21,911 nucleotides of DNA, taken from assembly GCA_024626585.2 (NCBI GenBank), contig JANKJI020000001.1, positions 14,891,048-14,912,958 on the forward strand, in the 5' to 3' direction. Origin of the DNA: Ginkgo biloba (Eukaryota; Plantae; Ginkgophyta). The first letter of the stretch is position 1, and the number at the start of each line of letters is the position of its first letter. Shown here one piece after another: positions 12,791-21,520 of the stretch. The notes beneath the pieces are model-generated. The model worked only from the letters and a program-made list of their open reading frames with translations. It searched no databases and was not told where the DNA came from. Made by a program: the position numbers and the translations under genes.

Positions 12791-14931
12791 TATGTACTAC
12801 CTCTTTGTAGAGGTAGAGGTTTAATGCCTTGGTGAATATACATTGAAGTAGCCACTTATTGTGATAACACTACCACCTTGTCTAGTTAATATATAGACAC
12901 TTCTTTAGATGACAATACATTGGGTTAGTGGTATTTTTTGTCGCATCACTAGACACCACTTTGTATATTATGAAAATAAGAATAATGTTATCTACATGAC
13001 GAGTTTGTATCATATCCATGAGTTTTGATCATGTAACCTCTTTATATATGTGCAAATTCATATGTAAGGTGAAGGACTACACTTGTAGCCATTATTGATT
13101 CTCCTAATGGTTTGATTCCACAACCTCCTTGCACCTATTCATCTACACACTTATGGTCTACCAACTTACTTATGTGTTAGGACTTAGTTGCCCACCATTG
13201 TTTTAAATTCATTATACTATTTCCAACCACATTGTTTATACAATGCACCCTCAAGTTTTCAACTTGTTGCAAGGATAGATCAAATTGTATATACAACACG
13301 TTGAGTAATTAACACATGTTTTTAAAAGTAATTGCGTATATGCATGGTTTGACCTACGTTTAGAGGAATATATTCAATAATATGGAAGGAATTGGCTCCT
13401 ATAAGAAAGCCAATATTTGCAAACAAAAAATCTATTGGACTTATGATTCTAGATCCATAACAATACTTTGGTCAAACAAGAATATGGTCCTATGTGGGCA
13501 AGGATAAATGGAAGAAATGACTATTGCCCATCTAGAATAACTATAATGCAGGCCTTACATTTATTCTATGATGGAAAATGAATACAAATTAGTTTCAATA
13601 AACAAGCAAAAAATTGAGCACTATAATCAATCTTGTATAGTATAGTGAAACGTGATCTTTGTTATTCTAGGTAACAAGGGTCTCAACTCTAAAAACTAAG
13701 TACATTATCCTACGGAGTTGGATCCTATCCTACAAAATAAAGATACTATTTACAAGTTTGTTTCTTAAATTGAAAACTCGCAGTTTATTATAACCATGGT
13801 ACTTATGCCTTTTGTAAAACGAGGTGGAAATTAGCCTACTTGAAGCTGCTCATATGAACTAGATGCTATGAGAATTGCAATACAAAATTGCAACATTAAA
13901 TGTTTAAAGGTTATTTTATGTGGAAATTCAAGATCATTTTATTGCAAACCTTTTTTTTTTTGACTCTTTTTGTAAAGATAATTCACATTAATCTTAGGAA
14001 CATTGTTTCAAACACTTTTGAATCATTCAAGAGTGACTTTGGAGAAGCATATGATTCCAAGATTCCTTTTAAGAATGTGCCCACATTTCACAATGAAGTA
14101 AAGTTTGGATAGTGTATATTATATTCATGGTTTTACAAATTAGATCGAATAGATATAATGCTTGTAGCATTATGCATTTTAAAGGAGCTTTTGAGTAGAA
14201 GAAAGTTGTAGTTAGTTAATGTGATATTGTATTCTACATATATTGGTTAAAAGTAAAAATCATTTGGTGTACTTTAATCATGTGGGCATTTGTAACAACT
14301 CACTTCCCTAGAAACAATAACAATAATAATAAAACATAAGTAAATAACGGAAACATCTACCACTTCAACTAACAATTAAATTAACANNNNNNNNNNNNNN
14401 NNNNNNNNNNNNNNNNNNNNNNNNNNNNNNNNNNNNNNNNNNNNNNNNNNNNNNNNNNNNNNNNNNNNNNNNNNNNNNNNNNNNNNNNNNNNNNNNNNNN
14501 NNNNNNNNNNNNNNNNNNNNNNNNNNNNNNNNNNNNNNNNNNNNNNNNNNNNNNNNNNNNNNNNNNNNNNNNNNNNNNNNNNNNNNNNNNNNNNNNNNNN
14601 NNNNNNNNNNNNNNNNNNNNNNNNNNNNNNNNNNNNNNNNNNNNNNNNNNNNNNNNNNNNNNNNNNNNNNNNNNNNNNNNNNNNNNNNNNNNNNNNNNNN
14701 CATGTTAGACATTTTTGAAGTATTACACACCCCACTTGGGTTTAATATACACAACATGACCTCTAGCGAGAAGCCACATATGGAAGAAAATGATTACCAC
14801 CCTTGTAAAGTGCACCATGCACTCGCCCATTCACTAGCCAAAATATCATGACAACATGACATTTATAGTTTGCAAGGAAAACGGACAATATTGCTCAAGT
14901 TTATGGGATACGATCCTCTGANNNNNNNNNN

Positions 14932-15585
14932 TGGAGGTTTCACATATTTTTACCCCTATATATATGTAGGTTTGTTCAAAGGTACTTTCACAACGAGGCT
15001 GGAACTGAGGGGCGGCCAAAATGCGACAAAAACTTTTAAATTTAGATTATTTTCTAACCATGGTTAGAAAAACGGATTCAACATATTCGATCTTTACGCT
15101 GGTTAAGTTAAAGCAGAGTGATTATATGCAACCCTAGTTTGTCCGAAAACACGTCACGTACTCATTCAATTCAAGAGAATCGACGAAAACGAAAGCGACG
15201 TCTGTCAGAATATCCGCGGCATAAATTATCCTACGACGGACTTGAAAAATAATTTACATGGATTCATAAAGTTTCTTTTCCCACGTATGAAATCCATATT
15301 TTCATTTCCCCCTGTTCAATCTCTCGCCGGTATGGAAAACGGAACTTTCCATTTGCCTCTGTCAAGTAACGGGATTCTGAATTATTTAAACCAGTGCACT
15401 AGACAGTAGAAAGAGGTTGCCTTGGAGTGAATGTGAATGTGAATGTTAATGTTAATGTCAATGTGAGGGCCGGCCCTGGAATCCCGATTGATTTTGAAGT
15501 TTCCCTTTCCTTTCCATTTAGTTTTTCACCTTTACAATTCTTTTTAAGACGGCACTTGCTTGCACATTTCATTGCCTGAGAAACA
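14932..15585 (+). promoter_or_regulatory. Putative OFP promoter and 5' UTR (CpG-retaining island)
   Basis: Abrupt gain of CpG relative to the flanking transposon DNA; ACGT-core boxes (acacgtcacgta ~15149-15160, gacgtc ~15197, ccacgta 15281); TATA-like TATTTAAA 15383-15390; pyrimidine-rich leader; good ATG context aaacaATGG. Confidence 0.6.
15427..15466 (+). repeat. Hexamer microsatellite (GTGAAT)3(GTTAAT)2(GTCAAT)GTGA
   Basis: Directly visible. Unit junctions spell ATG at 15431, 15437, 15443, 15449, 15455 and 15461. Confidence 0.95.
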
Positions 15586-16623
15586 ATGGGGAGACTAAGG
15601 CTGAGATTATGTCACGTAATGCCGAGCGGCTGGGCTTACAGGCTCAAAAACAAGGAATCCTCCGAGGCACCAGAAAGTCCTTATTTCCGCTGCTGCGAAC
15701 AAGAAGCTGCAGCCAAGATTGGTCTGGCGGACAAGTTCTGCCTTTCGCCTGTGAATCGCAAAAGTTTGGACATCGCTTATCCCGTCAAAAATGCTCCGCC
15801 AGCAGTGGAAGGAGAAGCTGTGTTTGTGAAGCGACATTTAAGAAAGGCCGCGGTCGTATCAGTAGGCTGCGGCTGTCGGCCTACACGGTCCAAGAACGTT
15901 CGTCGCAAACACAGAAATGGTTCCAGAAAGGACCTCAAATTTATCCAAGGAGACCACGACAATAAAAAGGAATCTTCCGTGGTGGAGAATACGGGAAAGG
16001 ATTTGAACTCGGAGTATTGCTGGGAGAAAGAGGACGGATGGCACGTCATTGCCAAGGTGAACGATGAAATCATCAGAAAGAAAGTGGTTTTGAAGCGGCG
16101 AACGGAGAATGGCAAAAAATGCCCTCCTGGTTCGCCCGTTTCGTCGCCGGATGTTATTTCTGTTAATTCGTGCTTTGCCAGAACTGCGCCAAGGAGAACC
16201 AAGAAAAAGAAGAAGAAGATTGCAAAGCCGCGGGATGCCAAATCTTCGGAAAATACAACCTGTTTTAATTACAGGCTTAGTACTTCTTCAGCAGATATTG
16301 TGTTGGATGCTTCGACAGCTTCTTCGTGCGATAAAGAGTATGGCTTGTTTGTTAGCAACGAGGATGAGAGCTTGTTCTCCTCAAAGGAACATTTGGTCAC
16401 GTCTGATCATTGCAAGAGTTTTTCTTCCGAGTCGAGCTTTGAATTCTATGAGAGTCGATCTCCTTACCTCTCCACTCTTGATGAGTCGTCGAGAAATCCC
16501 TAACAGTTGAGCTTGAAAAGCAGCCGATGGAGATCCAGACACAAGAAGTTGCCTAAACGGCAAAGAGAAGGCCGCACTCCTACAGATTTGTCCCCAGAGC
16601 ATGATATATCTAGAAATGCAGAG
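15586..16623 (+). pseudogene. OFP: OVATE family protein, 5' copy: 305-aa ORF to a premature TAA (16501-16503); OFP homology continues to ~16623; no OVATE domain
   Basis: N-terminus MGRLRLRLCHVMPSGWAYRLK resembles the OFP N-terminal motif MGxxRFRLSDMIPNAWFYKL; also has SVGCGCR and a basic KKKKKK stretch. 16376-16590 is ~90% identical to 17918-18132, which leads into the OVATE domain and has CGG where this copy has TAA. Could be a truncated CDS rather than a dead gene. Confidence 0.8.
16376..16590 (+). repeat. 215-bp duplicated OFP coding segment, copy 1 (copy 2 at 17918-18132)
   Basis: Ungapped alignment at offset 1542; 21 mismatches in 215 nt by manual count. Confidence 0.97.
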
Positions 16624-16791
16624 TGTTCTACAACCTGGTTCGACGCATTTTGTCATTTCTTCCACTATGTTTTTTTGGGGCCCAATTGTTCCGTGGATGG
16701 AATTTCGGTCCATTGGTGATGGCCTACCTAGACGGTAATGGATTTTGTCTAGCGTTGAAAGGCGATCAAGGTCACTGCAGTTTCTGCCACT

Positions 16792-17220
16792 ATGAGTCGA
16801 CATCCCGAAGTCAAGTGGGCCCAGAGGTCTGATAAGGTATACATTACGATTGAATTGCCTGATGCAAATAATCCAAAAGTGAAGCTGGAGCCCGAGGGAA
16901 ATTCACTTTTTTTGCAACTGTTGGAAAAGATAAAACACTGTATGAACTTGAGTTTGACTTGTATGACAGGGTGAATGCAAAGGCAAGCAAGATCCATATA
17001 GGTTTGAGAAATATTTTCTGTATTATTCAAAAAGAGGAAGCAAGATGGTGGAAAAAGCTACTGAAGAGTGAGGAAAAGCGATTACCATTCCTGAAAGTTG
17101 ATTGGGACAAATGGGTTGATGAGGATGAGGATAAATCAGTTGGCGGGGACATGGATCTCAATGACATGGATTTCTTGAAACTAGGCATGGGTGGTGATAA
17201 GGCTTACGACGAAGAGGCAG
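16792..17220 (+). pseudogene. p23: Processed (intronless) pseudogene of HSP90 co-chaperone p23 (CS domain)
   Basis: [34 protein letters not shown], then a 1-nt deletion at ~16897-16902, then [58 protein letters not shown] and a GGDMDLNDMDF tail. No introns. The acidic C-terminus is cut off at ~17220. Confidence 0.92.
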
Positions 17221-17222
17221 GG

Positions 17223-17817
17223 CACTGGCGGTTTGAATGCAATTCGTTCAAAAAAAATATCAAAAAGTTTCAAAATCTTAAACATTAAAAATTTAAAGTT
17301 TTTCATATTTTTTGAAATTTGTTGTGAGTCACATGATGTTTTTATATGACTAGGGTTAAAAATTAGAAGAGTCTATTTTTGTATCTTTTGTAAAGGTATC
17401 AAAAGATTGATAGGCCATAATCATACAGACTAAAGACAGAAATTAAAAGAAGTCCAAAAATATTTTGTGAAATCATGTACTTTGTACTAGAGTTCAAAAG
17501 GGGTTGAGAGATTTTTTTGTAATATATTTGCAAGAGAGCGATAAAAAGGTCTCAGGTTCAAAAGTCAAAGTTTTTTTTAAAAGAGTTGTCATTTTGTAGT
17601 CCTATCACATTAACAACCATAAAGTTGCGAACACATGTTGTAAAAGGCTTAATATTGTCTTGTTGAAGTCAGGAAATGGTCAGGAAAGAAGGTCTCAAGT
17701 TCAATTTGTAAAAAGGCGAGTAGCATAACCAAGAGGTTTAGAGTTTGGAGGAACGTTGGTGAGGAGCCATCAGAGAATCACAATTTTAGTTGCATGTATG
17801 TATCTGCTCAATTGTAA
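17223..17817. mobile_element. AT-rich insertion truncating the p23 copy; possible DNA-transposon end
   Basis: Sharp composition change. Starts CACTGGCGG, has an imperfect inverted repeat at 17247-17316 and a repeated motif aaggtctca(g/a)gttcaa at ~17546 and ~17689. The other end would be hidden in the gap. Confidence 0.3.
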
Positions 17818-17917
17818 NNNNNNNNNNNNNNNNNNNNNNNNNNNNNNNNNNNNNNNNNNNNNNNNNNNNNNNNNNNNNNNNNNNNNNNNNNNNNNNNNNN
17901 NNNNNNNNNNNNNNNNN

Positions 17918-18870
17918 TCTCCTCCAAGGAACATTCGGTCGCGTCTGATCATTACAAGAGTTTTTCTTCCGAGTCGAGTTTCGAATTCTACGAGAGTCGA
18001 TCTCCTCACCTCTCCACTATTGACGAGTCGCCGAGAAATCCCCGGCGGTTAAGCTTGAAAAGCAGCAGACGGAGATCCGGACACAAGAAGTTGCCTAAAC
18101 GGCAAAGGGAAGGCCGCACTCCGACAGATTTGNNNNNNNNNNNNNNNNNNNNNNNNNNNNNNNNNNNGCAGAGAAGCTACCGCTCATTTCGTCTCCCGAT
18201 TCGACTAAATTAGAGGCCAAAGATGATAATGTTAGTGCTACCAGCGGCAGCTCTGTAAGTGCTGGCCTTGTCTGCGATCAAGGTGTTTTGTGTCCGTGGA
18301 GAAGCGAGGCGGAGGATTTAGAAGCGACTGCAAAAACATGGAGAGAAAGCAGTCTACGACGGGATGATATTAGGACTATTATTTATAAATCGTCTGAGTT
18401 TAATGACAATCCTCATTNNNNNNNNNNNNNNNNNNNNNNNNNNNNNNNNNNNNNNNNNNNNNNNNNNAAGATCGTCTTCCAGAAAGAACGCTGAAACTTC
18501 TGTGAGTAGATCGGACACAAAATGCTTCCCTCGTAGGAAATTGGATGAAGATTTGTCTGGCAATGGAAATGGCGCATGTGTCCAGAGCTTGCCGTCTAAT
18601 GTCGAGGGTAAAGTTCGAGAAAGCGTTGCCGTCGTGAAGAGTTCTCAGGATCCCTATCAAGATTTCAAGGCGTCAATGCTGGAGATGATTCTGGAAAAGC
18701 AGATTTATCAGGCGGATGATCTCGAGCAGCTGCTGCACTGCTTCCTTTCCTTGAATTCTCGACAGCACCACGAGATTATCGTCCAAGTCTTCACAGAAAT
18801 TTGGGGGAAAATGTTCTGTAGTACCAGAAATCCCTCGACTCCAGTCAAATGCTTCCTCAGCGATGATTAA
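17918..18870 (+). CDS. OFP: OVATE family protein (transcription repressor OFP), 3' part with intact OVATE domain; 5' end lost in gap, two internal N gaps
   Basis: C-terminal ESVAVVKSSQDPYQDFKASMLEMILEKQIYQADDLEQLLHCFLSLNSRQHHEIIVQVFTEIW is a canonical OVATE domain. The three sequenced blocks (17918-18132, 18168-18417, 18468-18870) each have an open frame, and frame changes fall only within estimated-size gaps. Confidence 0.93.
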
Positions 18871-20109
18871 ATTTAAAAATGTATGAGATTGTATATAATT
18901 GGTTTTCATATACGTATAATAAAAAATGTAGAAATTATAAATCATATTCTAATAAGAAACACTTCTTATGATCGTTTCAAGTGGTATGAGAGCACCAAGT
19001 GGCTCCTAAACACACATTGAAGTCAGGTTACTTATGAATTTATAAAAAAATTATACATAATNNNNNNNNNNNNNNNNNNNNNNNNNNNNNNNNNNNNNNN
19101 NNNNNNNNNNNNNNNNNNNNNNNNNNNNNNNNNNNNNNNNNNNNNNNNNNNNNNNNNNNNNCTTTTACAATCTTTCCACTTAACCTTCTATAATAAGCTT
19201 TAAATTTAGAGCAAATAGTAGTCATAATGACCAATAGTTGTTGATTGCTTGCCCGACCGTGCTTCTTTGGCTCTCTGACAGGGATTGGCCCTCTATGACA
19301 ACTATTGGCCTTTTATGTGTGAATGATGCTTTCATCAACACCATTAGCTTTCGGTCTAATAAGGTAAGCAGTGGACTACTCTCTTTGGATCCTGAAAACG
19401 ACTCTATAACTCAAATTGAACAAAAAACATTAAATAATTTCTCTCAAGGATTGCCTCCTATTCTGACTTTACATGGCTGACACTGTTTATACGATGCCGA
19501 GTGACTATTACGTAGCTGGGTGATGTTGAACGGTGTTGGGTTATCTATGTAAAGGCCATTGATGCATCTGTTAGCACTTCGGGACGTACATTAAATGAGG
19601 GATTCATCAACATTTCCACTCACTATATTGATGAAGTCATTAGCATTGAGTTGGCTTCCATCATCAGTACTGGATATGATCAGGTTACCCTGTGTAGTCC
19701 TCATTCCTTACACTCCAGCATGCCCACCTTCCAATACATACCACATCGAGACCCTCTGAAAAGATTCACGTGAGCCAGCCCCCGGCTGGGTAAAAAAGGC
19801 TTAATGATGTTTGCTTCGAATTACCGCTCAGAGCAAGTCAGGCTATGGAGTGAGAGTGAAACTCTCCATAGCCATTATTTCCACTATGGATTGTCGACGC
19901 CCATTCTTAGCTGACTCGAATTCTGTCCAGATATGTGAAATGAATGAGGACTAGCTACAATTGTGGTCAATTTGTTTCCCATTTGCGATTCAATTGTGGT
20001 AATTTGTAGCTTTGGATTATAGGTGAAATACTTTGAATGTTGATTCTCAAACCGCAAGGGCTTGAAATGGTTACACTTTGACTCTACAATATTGGATTTC
20101 GACAACAAT

Positions 20110-20609
20110 CATGGGTAATTAGAGACGTAGGGAAATATCTTAAAAGGGACACTATATCAACCAAAAGTATTCCAGGATCAACATATTTGGGTAGGAAAAA
20201 AGTGCCCAACATCAAATATGTAATAGCTCCATCAACCTGGATTACCCCAATATTCTTGGCCTTTCAGTTTGATGGGCGTATACAAATCTCCTTCACTTGT
20301 TTAACATATATAGGATTATCTTAAATGGCTTGAACAAGTGGTATACTCACCTTAATATTCCTTAGTTCTTTTTCAAAATTAAACTTTGAATCTCCTTCTC
20401 TATCTGGTGCGCCTTCTCTATCTAATAATCTCCTGGGGAATGGAATCCTTGCTTCAATCGTATCTTCCTTTATTGTCTTCTTGAGGTGTGTACTGGTCAC
20501 CTTTTGATTGGTACTGCTACTATTCACCTAGTGATTGGTATCTTGTGTCTTCTTATGTTCTTCTCTCTGAGTAAGATTGGTACCAGTCACTTGGTGACTG
20601 GTATCCCAG
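20110..20609 (-). mobile_element. Athila-like Ty3/gypsy gag-protease linker remnant
   Basis: PFPRRL...FEKELRNIKVSIPLVQAI*DNPIYVKQVKEIC followed by PKYVDPG, matching PFPQRL...INIPLLDAI..P.YAKFLKELC...PKLKDPG. Confidence 0.75.
20490..20604. repeat. Three degenerate copies of a ~24-bp palindromic unit
   Basis: tactggtcaccttttgattggtac (20491), tactattcacctagtgattggtat (20518), taccagtcacttggtgactggtat (20581). The last has a perfect 10-bp inverted repeat. Confidence 0.7.
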
Positions 20610-20709
20610 NNNNNNNNNNNNNNNNNNNNNNNNNNNNNNNNNNNNNNNNNNNNNNNNNNNNNNNNNNNNNNNNNNNNNNNNNNNNNNNNNNNNNNNNNNN
20701 NNNNNNNNN

Positions 20710-21520
20710 TGGAGTTGATATATTGACGACAAACATATGTTCACCCTCACTTGGAAGATGTGAGAGTCATGACAAGTCATCTACAACCAAATTACCCCAG
20801 CCAGGTTTATAAACTAGCTCAATATCAAATTCTTGCAATAATAACAACCAACAAATAATACGAGGTGTGGTTGTTGCCTTGTTCATCAAGAATTTGATGC
20901 CAACATAATCAGTATGAATGATAGCAAGAAATCCACAAATTTAATGTATGAACTTATAAATNNNNNNNNNNNNNCTCTATCACAGTGTAACTGTGTTCTG
21001 CAGAGGATAAAGACTTACTGGTGAAGTAGATGGCATATTCTATAGATTTATCTTTTTGCCCCAATACCACACCTACAACCAAATCAAAAGCATCAGTGTG
21101 AATGTGGAAAGGCAGTTGCCACTTAGGTCCTAGCAAGATTGGTGTTGAAATTAACTTCTCTTTGAGAAGTTGAAAAGCCTTCTCACATTCCTTTGTCCAT
21201 TGAAAGAAACAATCCTTAGCTAACAATTGATGTAAAGGCACTGTAATCTTACTAAAATCTTTGATAAACTGTCGATAGTAGTCGACTGATCCCAAGAAAC
21301 TACGAACCTCCTTGACCTTTGTGGGCGAAGGAAGATCTCGAATAACTTCAACTTTTGTCAAATCAACTCCTATACCTTTCTTTGACAAATGATGTCCTAG
21401 AACAATCCCTTATATGAGAAGAATTTTATATTTTTCACTACTCAAGGGTCAGTTAATTTGTAAATATTTTTTAAGGCTTACTTGTAGCTGATCCAATGCC
21501 TCTTGGAATGAATTTTCATT
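20710..21520 (-). mobile_element. Athila-like Ty3/gypsy RT C-terminus, connection and RNase H remnant
   Basis: GIVLGHHLSKKGIGVD..KVEVI..LP.PTKVKEVRSFLG..YYRQFIKDFSKI; FHIHTDAFD..VGVVLGQ; IYFTSKSL..AE.SYTV.E; IHTD...IKFLMNK...RII.WLLLLQEFDIELV.KPG. Confidence 0.93.

Noticed and set aside
14365-14757. Track ORFs spanning N runs (also ~2828-3087, 10597-10824, 17756-18052, 19040-19234, 20486-20812)
   Set aside because: Their length comes from assembly gaps, so they are not evidence of genes.
15607-17030. Overlapping antisense and alternate-frame ORFs (e.g. 15777-16241 minus, 16381-16803 minus, 16109-16510 plus)
   Set aside because: Expected shadows of GC-richer coding sequence; no recognisable motifs.
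15586-17288. In-frame OFP-p23 fusion protein
   Set aside because: Same frame, but stops at 16501, 16717, 16729 and two more before 16792, plus the p23 frameshift.
16623-18167. The insertion is a spliceable intron of a single OFP gene
   Set aside because: Poor donor context (gtgttc), the TAA at 16501 would remain, and an intron would not explain the duplicated coding segment.
19828-19890. Helitron 3' end at the 19841-19873 hairpin
   Set aside because: No CTRR followed by T at the proper distance on either strand.
20047-20061. Partner TIR for the CACTGGCGGTTTGA end at 17223 (tcaaaccgc match)
   Set aside because: Only a 9-nt core match, no terminal CAGTG and no TSD; likely chance.
20490-20604. 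CRISPR-like array of palindromic repeats
   Set aside because: Plant nuclear context, degenerate units, irregular 3- and 39-nt spacers, and location inside a retrotransposon ORF.
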